Source: Leucoraja erinacea
Taxonomy: Eukaryota
Assembly (NCBI RefSeq): GCF_028641065.1
Contig: NC_073408.1
Location: 12,152,001 to 12,216,000 of the forward strand
Direction of reading: 5' to 3'
Length of the DNA stretch: 64,000 nt
Below the pieces are notes generated by a model that was not told where the DNA came from, did not search any database, and saw only the letters and a list, made by a program, of their open reading frames with translations. This document shows, piece after piece, positions 12,625-24,444 of this stretch. A program made the position numbers and the translations under genes. How positions within the stretch are numbered: position 1 is the stretch's first letter; every line of letters begins with the position of its first letter.

Positions 12625-13112
12625 GCGTCCGCTGCTCTAGATGTCAGCAGATCTATATCGGTGAGACCAAGCGGAGGTTGGGCGATCGTTTCGCCGAACA
12701 CCTCCGCTTGGTCCGCAATAACCAAGCTGACCTCCCGGTGGCTCAGCACTTCAACTCCCCCTCCCACTCCGCCTCCGACCTCTCTGTCCTGGGTCTCCTC
12801 CATGGCCACAGCGAGCAGCACCGGAAATTGGAGGAACAGCACCTCATATTCCGTTTGGGGAGTCTGCACCCCAGGCATGAACATCGACTTCTCCCAATTC
12901 TGTTAGTCCTTGCTGTCTCCTCCCCTTCCTCAGCTCCCCTGCTGTCTCCTCCCACCCTCCAGCCTTCCGGCTACTCCTCCTTTTCCCTTTCTTGTCCCCA
13001 CCCACCCCCACCCCTGATCAGTCTGAAGAAGGGTTTCGGCCCGAAACGTTGCCTATTTCCTTCGCTCCATAGATGCTGCTGCACCCGCTGAGTTTCTCCA
13101 GCTTTTCTGTGT
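12625..13112 (+). mobile_element. Penelope-like retroelement, 5'-truncated (GIY-YIG endonuclease part plus 3' terminus)
   Basis: RCSRCQQIYIGETKRRLGDRFAEH...PVAQHFN...LEEQHLIFRLGSLHP is a PLE GIY-YIG domain. 15-bp TSD aacagtcagaaaata at 12610-12624 and 13113-13127. Confidence 0.92.
13023..13050 (+). ncRNA. Putative minimal hammerhead ribozyme motif in the Penelope 3' region
   Basis: CTGAAGA-A-GGG-tttcgg-CCC-GAAA-CGTT. PLEs are known to carry minimal type I hammerheads. Confidence 0.55.
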
Positions 13113-13914
13113 AACAGTCAGAAAATACATGTAGCGATGCTTGGTTCTGAAAAGGGATCGGGTACTTCCTATCAAGGTTTAGGTTTATTATTGTCATGTG
13201 CACCAAAGTACAGTGAAATGCTTTGTTTGCATGCTATCCAATCAAATCATGTGATACTATACATAAATGCATCCAGGCCAAACTCAAGTGCAACAAGCAG
13301 AGTGAAGGGAAAGATACAGAATGCAGAACAATGGATAATCGAGGGCAAGTGATGCCAGATCTGCCCAGATGATTACGCAGTCTAAGAGATGCATGTAAGA
13401 TAAGAGAACATCTGGCTGAATGGAGGAAAAAAAACATGAAAATGGAAATAAAAAGGGCAAAGGCACAGTGTAATAACTAAGATAAAGGGTCTCTAGGCCT
13501 TCAATAGTGGTTTGCCTGAGGACCGATGAGGATAATTAGGTTTCAACCTGGCGGTTCTTTAGTGGGGATATGAAGCACAGCTGAGGCTTTAGATAAGGAC
13601 CGTGTTTTAGGAAGAGGGTGAAGTGGGTATTAGGTGATTTGATAAGATAAACATTGGCTGGACATGGGTGTAACAGTGGAGAAACGAAAACCATTATCAC
13701 CAGATAATCAGTTTGGTGGGAAAGCGTTCGGGTACATCATTCAGGAAGAACATAAACAGTCAATTAAATATGCGCAGCCCAATAAAGAAGTTCTACTACA
13801 GATGTATTGAAGGGAAATTAGGCTTGGTTGAATTAATTGCTGTCAAGATAAATGAGAATTTAAGAGATAATGTAATGGATGTGGACTTCCCAACGACTTT
13901 TGATAAAATAACGA

Positions 13915-14400
13915 ACCAAGAAAGCACACCAACCCCTCTACTTCCTTAGAAGGCTTGGGAAATATGACAAGTCCCCGGCAATTCTCACCAGCTTCTGCAG
14001 ATGCACCATAGAAAGCATTTTTATCAGGATTCATCACAGCTTGGTTTGGGAACAGACCCATCCAAGACCGCAAGAAATTGCAGCAAATTGTAGTCGCAGC
14101 ACAGACCATCACTTAAACCAACCTTCCTTCCATTGACTCCATTTATACTTCACGCTGCCTCGGCAAGGCCAGCAGCATAATCAAGGATACCCTGGCCACT
14201 CCCTCTTCTTCCCCCCTCCCATCAGGCAAAATGTATAGAAGTGTGAAAACGCACGTTGTCCAGATTCAGGGACAGTTTCTTCCCAGCTGTTATCAGGCAA
14301 CTGAATCATCCTACCACAACCAGAGAGCAGTGCTGACCTACTATCTACCTCAGTTGTGACCCTCGGACTATCCTTGATTGGACTTTGCTAGCTTTACCTT
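13915..14400 (+). mobile_element. Rex1/Babar-like LINE 3' fragment (3' UTR resumes at 16079-16195)
   Basis: KKAHQPLYFLRRLGK...CRCTIESI...ITAWFGN...DRKKLQ. Collinear with the minus-strand copy at 61925-62426. Confidence 0.85.
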
Positions 14401-14636
14401 NNNNNNNNNNNNNNNNNNNNNNNNNNNNNNNNNNNNNNNNNNNNNNNNNNNNNNNNNNNNNNNNNNNNNNNNNNNNNNNNNNNNNNNNNNNNNNNNNNNN
14501 NNNNNNNNNNNNNNNNNNNNNNNNNNNNNNNNNNNNNNNNNNNNNNNNNNNNNNNNNNNNNNNNNNNNNNNNNNNNNNNNNNNNNNNNNNNNNNNNNNNN
14601 NNNNNNNNNNNNNNNNNNNNNNNNNNNNNNNNNNNN
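14401..14636. other. Assembly gap
   Basis: Run of N. Confidence 1.
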
Positions 14637-15018
14637 GTGCCAGCCTTTGATTCGTTGCTACGCCAACACCAGACGCAGAAACACCGAGATTTTTCAATTT
14701 CGGTAGAGATTTCACTTTTCATTCCAAGTATCCACTCCTGATTAAATTTTGGCGTGTTTATGTACACGTTTTTAATAAAATCCTTCTCCCCCTCCCCCAC
14801 TCACTCATTTTGTCGCCTCCTGCTGGCCAGCGACCATAACGGTTGCTGGCGCCTGCCTCTCGCCTCAAAGACACCATTCAAAAACAGCCGCATGGCTGAG
14901 TGCTGGAATCTTATGTTTGGAAACGGCTTGAGTTGGAGGACCATGTCTCCCGTGGGGGCTACGGGTAGGGAACGGGTGCATTGGGGGAGCAGACCCAACG
15001 GGTCTGCACTTGGTCAAG
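14637..15018 (+). mobile_element. Non-autonomous Helitron (5' end in gap)
   Basis: 3' hairpin GCAGACCC-aac-GGGTCTGC, then acttggtCAAG|t (variant of CTAG). Homologous to 34614-35015. Confidence 0.75.
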
Positions 15019-15544
15019 TATTATTATAAAACTCTGATCATGGATGTTTATGTATTTATTTGTTTGCTTGTGTGTGATTCACATCTCCTCGAAAACCCGA
15101 TGCACTAACAGTGAAATGTTTACATATTACATTAGAGATTGACCTCATGATCTTCAAAGTCGCCTCATCTTAAAAATTTGATTAATTATTTCTTGAGTTC
15201 TTTCTTCAAATTGTTCACCAATCTGAGATATTTTTTGAAGTTAACGAGCTGAAGCTAATGAGTTGATGACATCACAATGGCTCTGCTCCTCGCGGCCAGC
15301 TGCGCAGAGCTTTCAACGCGCAGCCTGCTGGCCACTGTTTTCCACGAGCAGCGAGTTATGTAACCCCCCCACGTAACTCGCACTCGGCTCGGCTGGCCGC
15401 AGCGCCCCATCCTCCCCCCCCCACCCCGGGCTCTGATTGAAGCCGCTGAACACGTATTAATTTGGTTGGGCTTCAGAGATCCCGCAAGGTCCAGGGAGGT
15501 TCAGAAAGGTCCCATCTGCGCCGCCCGCTCGCCAAGTTCAAGTC

Positions 15545-15867
15545 CGCCCTCTCCATCTCTATCCCCCCCCCCCTCCTCTCTCCCGTCTCCCCCTCCTCCC
15601 TCCTCCTCCCCGTCTCCCTCCTCCTCCCCCCCCTCTCCCCTTCCTCTCCCCTTGCGCCTCCTCCCCCCTCCTCCCCCCTCCTTCCCTCCCCTTCCCCCTC
15701 CTCTCCCCTTCCCCTCCTCTCCCCCCTCCTCCCCCCTCCTCTCCCCTTCCGCCTCCTCTCCCCCAACTCCCCCCTCCTCTCCCCCCTCCCCTCCTCTTGC
15801 TGCCCCCCCCCTCCCCCTCTCCTCCTCCTCCCCCCCCCGCTCCCTCTCTCCTCTCCTTCTCCTACCC
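15545..15867. repeat. C/T-rich low-complexity tract
   Basis: Polypyrimidine (CCT/CCCCT) run leading into a gap. Confidence 0.95.
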
Positions 15868-16058
15868 NNNNNNNNNNNNNNNNNNNNNNNNNNNNNNNNN
15901 NNNNNNNNNNNNNNNNNNNNNNNNNNNNNNNNNNNNNNNNNNNNNNNNNNNNNNNNNNNNNNNNNNNNNNNNNNNNNNNNNNNNNNNNNNNNNNNNNNNN
16001 NNNNNNNNNNNNNNNNNNNNNNNNNNNNNNNNNNNNNNNNNNNNNNNNNNNNNNNNNN
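15868..16058. other. Assembly gap
   Basis: Run of N. Confidence 1.
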
Positions 16059-17064
16059 ACGGGTCCCCCTTTGTCTAGTACACTATAAATGGCTCAATTT
16101 TAATCATGTATTGTCTTTGCGCTGTGTGGATTGTATGCAACAAAAACTTTTTGCTGTATCTTGGTAAACATGGCAATAAATTAAACTGAACTAACACATA
16201 ATAAGCCTATCTAGTCCCCTTGTGATGTATACACCTCTATAAATCACCCGTCAGCCTTTTGCATTGCAAGGAATAAAGTCTTAGCCTGACCAACCTCTTC
16301 CTGTAGCTCAGGCGCTTGTCCTGAAAGAAACAGACTATTCACCACCGTTTTACATTTGAGAAATAAAACTATCATTTGGTTGAGATTCTTCATTACAATG
16401 ATGTCCTTCACCAGTCCTCTACATATCAGCTGCATTTTGATGAGAATTATATACTGGCTGCAAATGAAATAGACTGAGATCATTTTATCCCAGCATGTAC
16501 TTGCAATAACAGCTCTGATCTACGTTGATTATAATACTGTGGCTGGCTGAGTTCACGGCTATTATAAAATAAATATCAACCAAATTTCAACGGGCAACCT
16601 GTGCTTCAGGAGCCATCTCTTGACAAAAGAAGACATTAATGATGAAACTCACCATGGGTTCCAGTACACCAGTACATCCTTTGCCCAATTGAATAGTATC
16701 TCCTGAATGTTCTGTCTCTGTTTTGAACAGTCATGATCTTACAGGCAGCAGTAATCCCATCCTTTCTGAACACTTCAGTGACATATATAACAATAGAATA
16801 TCCTCACTAGAAAGATACCGCTACGAAAATGTGACAAATTTGTGGGCAGCATAAGCAAATCAACATCAGCTTCCTATCCTGGCAATGTCCCCAGCATCAA
16901 GGTTGTAGGCATTCGGAAAGCTCCAGTGGGCAGCCAACGCCATTCGCATGCTCAGCAACAGACTGTCACGGCTTGCATTCTATTCTTAGAATCAAAAGAT
17001 TTCAAAGACACAGAATAAATGATGTGAAGGTGTTTTCAAAAATCTCCCTATACAGTGTAGCTTT

Positions 17065-17440
17065 GAATGAATACGTTTATTGGCCAAGTATTCGCCTTGG
17101 TGCTCCGCCCGCAAGTGACAACATGACATACAGTGACAGTTAAGAATGATACATAAAACATTAAACATTAATAATAAAACATTATTGATTAAACATGTGA
17201 ATTAAATAAAATACCAGAGCAAAAAGGGACTACAGATTTTTGGTCAATGAGTTGAGCTATTAGCTGTTTTTATGTCTGGCTGTGGCAGCTTTCACAGTCT
17301 GGAGTAGCCTTCCAGAGGGAAGTGATTCAAAGAGTTTGTGGCCAGGGTGAGAGGGGTCAGAGATGATCTTACCCGCTCGCTTCCTGGCCTTTGCAGTGTA
17401 CAGTTCGTCAATGGAGGGAAGGATGCAGCCAATCGGACGA
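17065..17440 (-). mobile_element. Rex1/Babar-like LINE 3' end
   Basis: IGCILPSIDELYTAKARKRAGKIISDPSHPGHKLFESLPSGR...RHKNS plus 3' UTR. Confidence 0.85.
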
Positions 17441-17520
17441 TCTGGCTTTCCTCTCCGGCTCCTGGAAACCTTTGCCCAGGACCATTCATGTAACGTTGCA
17501 AACCTTGAGTCCATTCATTG

Positions 17521-17830
17521 GTAGCCACAGAGGCTGCAGCAGTATTACAGCGCCAGACACTCGGGCTTGACCCTGACTACAGGTGCTGTCTGTATGGGGG
17601 TTGTACTTTCTCCCTGTGACCGCGTGGGTTATCTCCGGGTGCTCCGATTTCATCCCACACTCCAAAGATGTACAGATTTGTAGGTTAATTGGCCTCTGTA
17701 AAATTGTAAATTGTCCCTAGTGTATAGGATAGTGTTAGTGTATGGGGATCGCTGGTCGCTGCAGAAGAATTGGTGGACCTAAGGGCCTGTTTCCGTGCTG
17801 TATCTCCAAAGTCTAAAGTAAAGTCTAAAG
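17521..17830 (+). mobile_element. HE1-like V-SINE
   Basis: V-domain (tctccctgtgaccgcgtgggtt...ccacactccaaaga) and tail gggcctgtttccgtgctgtatctc. Confidence 0.85.
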
Positions 17831-18917
17831 GAGGACATTGTTTTCCAAACGGACCGACCACTCAGCCCATCAGAGTCTCCTATCTGACTATGGCAGAGTA
17901 TAGGTCCCAGATTGGCATCAGCAGCTGTCACAGATCTGGAACAGAAGGAAGTCATCCTTAACTCTGAGAGGAAAGCTACACTTTCCAAGGGGCTGCTTAA
18001 CAATGGCGGGAAAATAACTAGGAGAGGAAGCTCTGGTATTTCAAAGTACACATGTAAAAGTAACATCTGGGAAGGTAGAACTTGCTTGTTCCTTCAGAAC
18101 CTTTGCTTCACAGTGAGATTTGGCACACAGTCACATCAGGGGCAAGAAGCAATAGAGCTTCTTCGTCAAAACCCACTTCATACACCAGGAAGGGTTACAG
18201 GTTGTCGACAATGTCAGTGAATTTTTAATCACCTGAAAATCCTTCTTACCATCAATCAATCTCTGGCCCTAAAATTGAATTTTACAGCAAGAATTCTTAT
18301 CCCTTCAGATTTAATTATTATTGTTTAAAAATCATAATATCCAAAGTTTTCTTTCACTTTTGCTTTCGGTATTATGTTCCATACACGATTTTACATTGCA
18401 ACAACTATTCTACCATATTCCTGGTTTAGACGTAAATTGGACTCTTTAATCTATTAATTTGAAGAGAAGGGTGACTGCTCATCTTGTTTATGCATATGCG
18501 GATGAGCTGAATGTATCTTCCTGTTCTCTTCCCTTTCCTGAATGAGCAACCTATTTAATGGATTAAATATTCAATTTTCAAATGCTTTCATGCTCTGAAA
18601 TACTCACAGCCGTGCAAGCATGTGACAAGTTGGTTAATTATAATGTATAACCTTAACTCTAATGTAGTGATATATTTTTGTATGTGTGGATCTTTAAGAT
18701 CTGAGTATAATGGGGGGCAAGTCGGTGTTGTATCTGATGCTGCCATTAATTGAGGGTGTACTCTCTTCTGCAAGAGGGTCCTTGGCTTGTTTGTCCTGGA
18801 GCAGCAACTTAATAGAGAACAATGGGCTGCTCTCAGGGACACACACGGAGACTAATCTCACTTGCTGCTGAAGGATCATCACTGTGCCAAAGATGAACTA
18901 CAGTCAGCCTCAAACTT

Positions 18918-19240
18918 AACATAGAAACATAGAAAATAGGTGCAGGAGTAGGCCATTCGGCCCTTCGAGCCTGCACCGCCATTCAATATGATCATGGCTG
19001 ATCATCCAACTCAGCATCCTGTACCTGCCTTCTCTCCATACCCCCTGATCCCTTTAGCCACAAGGGCCACATCTAACTCCCTCTTAAATATAGCCAATGA
19101 ACTGACCTCAACTACATTCTGTGGCAGAGAATTCCAGAGATTCACCACTCTCTGTGTGAAAAATGTTTTTCTCATCTCAGTCCTAAAAGATTTCCCCTTT
19201 ATCCTTAAACCGTGACCCCTTGTTCTGGACTTCCCCAACT
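18918..19240 (-). mobile_element. CR1/HER1 LINE 3' end, young
   Basis: RTRGHGLRIKGKSFRTEMRKTFFTQRVVNLWNSLP, 3' hairpin and (tttctatg)n tail. Confidence 0.9.
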
Positions 19241-19799
19241 TGTTGGTCTTCCAGTGTAAGCACATGTCTGAAATCAAATACTGCCAATTAACATGTGTCA
19301 GGGTGTCAAGATCGCCAAGTGTTTCATTGTCATTTGTACCTGCAATAAAATCCTTACTCGCTGCAGCTTTACAGGCCCATTAACACAAAGCACAAATAAA
19401 TATCCAGTGATCAATAATACAGGGGCAGAAGGACATTCTGAGGGACGCACTGAAACTTGGTGCAGTCACCACAAAGGCTTTGTGAGGAAGGGGAAGAGCC
19501 TGGGGTCCTTCTGCCATTGGACATTAAGGGTGCAAGAGTCCCGTATAATACTCCATGAGTGGGTTGTTTAAAGAGGAAACATGAATTACATTTATTCATT
19601 ATAGGAGTATGCACTGATTTATTAGCACAAGGAATGAACAGAAAGACGTGTGCAGATTGTATTCCCTGCATATGTTTTTTTTCATGAATAAGATATATTT
19701 TCAATGAATAAAGTTTATTACCTTGCACATAAATCAGTTTGTAGGTTGTTTCATTGAACCACATTTATCATTGATTGAGGTACAGAAACCTGGCGTCAT

Positions 19800-20330
19800 T
19801 TAGCATGGAAATAGAACCTTCAGCCCACCAGGTCCATGCCAATCACGAAGCATCCATTTGTACTAATCCCACTTTATTCTCCCTGCATTCCCATCAATTC
19901 CCCTCAGATTCAACCATCTACCTACATTAGGGACAATTTAAAGTGCTCGATTAACCTACCAATCCATTGCTATTTAGGAATTGGGTGGCATCTAGAGCAC
20001 TCAGGGGAAACCCACACCATCATAGAGAGAACATCACCCTGGAAGTCAGGATTGAAGCTGGACCACTGGAACTGTGAGGCAGTAGCTCCATCAGCTTTTA
20101 CCACATATCTGCCATATATTGGTGGTTGTCCTGGTGAGATGCTGGACAACTCCCTGGAAATGCTATTGTTCGTTCCTATCAACTTAAATGAAATTAAGAT
20201 GTTATTGCTCTTCAGTATTCTTAAGAGAACGTACAAACTCAGCACAGACAGCACCCATAGTCAGGATCGAACGCGGGACTCTGGCGCTGTAAGGCAGCAA
20301 CTCTACCACTGCGCCACCATGCCACCCCTA
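19800..20330 (-). mobile_element. Two decayed HE1-like SINE pieces
   Basis: Tail and V-domain at ~19800-20110; a second tRNA head at ~20225-20330. Confidence 0.65.
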
Positions 20331-21399
20331 CTGGTAGGAGAGGATAGTTTGGTAGGTAGGACAATCAGTAATAATGTTAAATGTGGCACATAGCGAGAGT
20401 GAACAGCACTGGTAGGGTCGAGCAGCTTAACTAATATCAGAGCAGGACTTATAACCTTGCAATTATGACCAGCTTCACAGTTCTCTTGAGATTTCGATGG
20501 TGGGCAGAATGTTGCTCCAATTTTCCTTTGGCAATAAATAATAGTGGTGTCTACAGGATGAGTAATTAGCTGCTTAATTATTTTTATGCACTGTTAGTAA
20601 TTACAGGTCCAGAGTTTTGGGAGGAAACTGACTCGATCTAAAAGACAATTCTTACTTCTTGTTCTTCGTAGTCCGACTGTTCACTCTGGCCAATAAAGAG
20701 CAGCTGCCAATTATCAACCATTTTCAAAATTTGCACCAAAGACAAGAGCATTGCAAATAATGATAGTACACCACTGTGCCGCTGTGCAAGATGCGTTTTC
20801 AGTGCCAGCCATGCCAAAGGCAGATCTTCGATGGCTCTTTCACTTATGCTAATTATATCTGGCAGCTGGACTGTGCACTTCAGTTTGATAAACTACACCC
20901 CTATGCCAACAGTTTATACTTGTGCTGCCAACTTTGTCTACTTCTACCTTTGGAAGAAAATATAATAACGCCTTTGAACCAAGACCATTTATTACTGCTG
21001 ATGGGATTTCCCCAGTTCATCAGAAATGACTGCTTATAAATTCATTTCTAAATTAACCCTCAGCTGCATTTTGGAAAAGTTAATGATGAAGTGGCCTCCA
21101 CATGTACTGGAAAAGAAAAATCATGGGAACAAAATATTCTGATGGTCTTATGAGACCAGGAGTTGGCACTGCAGCAAATTGTCAAACATCATTTCACAAG
21201 TTAATTTCCCTGCAACCTCTCTAGCTGAGAAGAGATGGAAACGAAAAGCAATGTCATTAATTGTATTCCCTCGTCCTTCCTTCATCGTTGCTGGGCCAAA
21301 ATTTGGGAACTCCTAAGGAAACACCATGGAGTGAACTGAAGAATAATAACGTCTTAATTTCATTTAAGCTGACAGGAATGGCGGCGAAGTAGCCGTGTG

Positions 21400-21942
21400 C
21401 GGACGTGGCGTCGAAGGACGAGAAGCCGAAGCAAAGAAGTCGAAGCCAAATAGCCGAACGGAAATGAAGCCGAAACACCAACAAACCGAAAGGGCGGGAT
21501 GCCTAAAAGCCAACGAACTGAAAGGCTGTGTCGCCTAAAAGTAAACTCACCAAATCGCCGCTCTGCCGAAACGCCACCTAACCAAAAGGCTGCGTTGCCG
21601 ACAAGCCAACTAACCGAATGTCGCTCTGCCGAAAAGTCAAATAATGGCTTGTGTGGGAAAATGACCCCCACCCTTCCGTCTCCACCGGCTAGCGATGTGA
21701 TGGACGTGGGGGTCTGGTACAATCTCTGACATGACCTGCCCCCCCGGCGACGTCATGTCCGTTATTTGACTTTTCGGCAGAGCGGCATTCGCTGAGTTTG
21801 TTTTTAGGCGACGCAGCCTTTCGGTTCGTTGGCTTTTAGGCGTCCTGCCCTTTCGGTTCGTTGACGCTTTGGCTTCGTTTCCATTCGGCTATTTGGCTTT
21901 GACTTCTTTGCTTCGGCTTATCGTCCTTCGACACCACGTCCG
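21400..21942. mobile_element. Foldback-type element with long modular inverted repeats
   Basis: Left arm cggacgtggcgtcgaaggacgagaagccgaagcaaagaagtc... is the reverse complement of the right arm ...gacttctttgcttcggcttatcgtccttcgacaccacgtccg over >170 bp. Arms are built from NNCCGAA-like units. Confidence 0.8.
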
Positions 21943-22446
21943 GGTACCAAATAGGCATCACACAATAGTCTGGTTGTATATTTTCCACTGATCTTAAGTG
22001 TTCTCAAAAATTTCAAAGCATTTTGAAGGTAGTTTTAGTTTTTAATAAACTTTGTGAATCGTTCTTAATGGAGAAAATCTTCTGTTTGGCCTAAAATCAC
22101 TGCCTGTTTTCTGCCAAGCTGTTTATTCCAGGTTGGCCCCTCGTGTGGTCTTCTATTGAAGGTCTGTCACTAACACTACAGCACGGCTGTGTGTAACCTC
22201 GGAGCGAGCAGCCGCTGCTCATACAAAATAGATCCATGTCAATGTTACGATGCCGAGTTTGTTTTAGGTTTCTGCATCTCTGTCTTTGATTTCAGAATGT
22301 CCAACATTGCCATTGAGATTGGTTTTGTGTCTGGCAATTAGAGCTACTTCTGTGTGACTGTGCCAATTAGGACTGACTGGCATTAATTTCTGGAGTTTCT
22401 GAACTTCCACTGTTAATGTATACCTTTTCTCATTTTGTTTGTGTAG

Positions 22447-22593
22447 GTCGGGCCAGTCTATATGACAAGGCATCGTTGCGAATCGACCAGCTTCACTCAG
22501 AGGACCAGGGATGGTATGAGTGTAAGGTGCTTATGTTGGACCAGCAATACGACACATTCCACAATGGCAGCTGGGTATACGTCACAGTGAATG
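22447..22593 (+). CDS. igsf9b: Internal coding exon of IGSF9B (protein turtle homolog B), C-terminal half of Ig domain 1
   Basis: Translates as (G)RASLYDKASLRIDQLHSEDQGWYECKVLMLDQQYDTFHNGSWVYVTVN, with the Ig D-x-G-x-Y-x-C motif, and closely matches vertebrate IGSF9B as I recall it. Acceptor: pyrimidine tract plus gtgtAG (22445-22446). Donor: GTGAGT at 22594. Length 147 nt, phase 1-1. Confidence 0.93.
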
Positions 22594-24444
22594 GTGAGTA
22601 CCACCATGTTATACCTGCCAGAATATGCCACAGTTGACAAGCCCTGCAAGAGATCTCCATTACAATTTGCCAGTAAGGGAATAACATCCAGCAAGGCCAA
22701 AAAGGAACATATGTAACTCACATTTGACATGGATTTGGTTCAGTTTTACATGTATATTTGACATATCCAAACTTTGCAATGAAAACAGCAGTTGGGTTGA
22801 TAAGCAGGAATCAATAATTGTCATTAAAAAAATATATTTTTTAATTATCCTGGTTTATGCACCCGGTCAATCACAGTCAATTATATTACAATTTAAAAGA
22901 TAACACTGGCTATTGGTATGGATTTTCTGTTCAGGAATTTCAGTCATCGGTATCAGTTTATTTGTCATGAAACCTGTTGTAGAAACATGATGTCACTGAA
23001 TTAATGAATTGATAGATTATGAAGCGTAAGTAAATCTAAACATGTTTCATTTCTAATGTCTTTCTTCGATCACATTCAAATTGTCTGGTTGATTTAGTGA
23101 ACTTCCAGTAAATATGTAATGAGGAATTCAGTGGAGGAGGATTGGTTCATGTTGTTTGTGCTTGATTACATTGTATCAACTAGCTGATCAGTGCTTGTTT
23201 TATCCAACCTGATTTTTGATCCAGTTTGAATCAACAGCAGTCCATGAATGTCCAGAATGAATCAGTTCCCATGCAGTTGCTGTTATAACCCATGGAGCCA
23301 TGTGTTGAATGTGCGTGTAGGTGCTACTCATACTGAGGAATAATCTAAATATTAACAATGCTGGGTACCTTATGAGATATTTGGAAAATAGGAGGATGTA
23401 ATCCTGGTGTCCGGGCCAACATCTAATATTCAAATCACATGTGGCATCTCATAAATGGCTGCTGAGTCCACTGCATTACAACTGCGACTACATTTCACCA
23501 CTGCAAAAGGGCTTTGATAAGCTAAGATCGTAAGAAGCATTTCTGCATATAAATGCAAGTCTGTTATTTTGCAGTAAGTGTTATAATATAAATCGTTTGA
23601 CATTTTATATAAATGGCTGGTATTCTCCCTATTCATTTAGGCACCTGCTGTGGCAAGTATAAGCCCTGGCCTATGGCCAGTAATCTTGGTGTAAGCATTT
23701 GTCACGTTGTTTCACAGTTTACTGTGTTCACTGTACAGTTAAATTGACAAAATGACACCAGAATCTATCTGGACACAAAATGCTGGAGTAACTCAGTGGG
23801 ACAGGCAGCATCTCTGGGGAGAAGGAATGGGATTCCGGCCAGAATCTATCTTCCTCATTGAAATTCAGTCCAACCATTTAGAGAGAATATTGCCATTGTT
23901 TCAGATGAACCTGTCCAGGGGAAATATTGTTTGATATTGAAAATGCTAATCAGGTTATAAAATCTCATTTTAGAAGCAGCAAGCAGTGATGGTTCATGTA
24001 AAATTTAAATGGGTATTCTCGAGGTGCTGTGTCTTTCTTCATCACAACACTTAGTAGCTTGACCTGTGTAGGGCAGATTTTTAGTAACATGTCCCTTCAC
24101 TGCGCAGTCTTCCCTTCCAGTTCAATGAGCAGAAAGCCTTTTCTTGCAAGTGGCAATTTCACTCGCTGAGTTCAGGAGAAGAAAAGAAACCGGCATGTCA
24201 CGAGACGCAATTCTGAGCAGTTACAGCTAAACATTACACTGTGCATTGGGCTCGGACACACTGTGCTTTCATTAGGCACAGTATCACCACACTGCAATGA
24301 ATGCCTCTGATCATGAAATTGATCAGATCTGTTCATCCACCAGATGAGCTTTGTGGAAAGGAATGCAGCTCCTTTTCAAAGCAAATTGAAACAGCCACTG
24401 ATTCAGGCAAATAACCTATCTTAGCACCAACTAGAGAGACGAGA

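Larger units (their letters stand above)
15019..16078 (+). mobile_element. Second non-autonomous Helitron, head-to-tail with the previous one
   Basis: Starts tattattataaaactct. Ends ...acGGGTCCCCctttgtCTAG|t, with the hairpin's 5' arm presumably in the gap. The host LINE resumes immediately after. Confidence 0.6.

Noticed and set aside
12600-13091. 163-aa ORF as a host gene
   Set aside because: It is a truncated Penelope GIY-YIG fragment with a frameshifted C-terminus, bounded by TSDs, and has no RT.
13664-13810. Short open frame MGVTVEKRKPLSPDNQFGGKAFGYIIQEEHK... in unannotated sequence
   Set aside because: No recognisable homology and no clear splice signals.
14345-14800. ORFs spanning the first gap
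   Set aside because: Open only because of the Ns.
15462-16167. Long Pro/Ser/Leu-rich ORFs
   Set aside because: They arise from a C/T low-complexity tract and an N gap inside a Helitron-like element.
21257-21729. Overlapping ORFs, and a possible CRISPR-like array, in the foldback element
   Set aside because: Short degenerate units in inverted arrangement, no constant repeat-spacer periodicity, no cas genes, vertebrate context.
21384-21956. Possible TSD of the foldback element (cgaagtagcc / ccaaataggc)
   Set aside because: Only about 7/10 identity and offset from the repeat ends.
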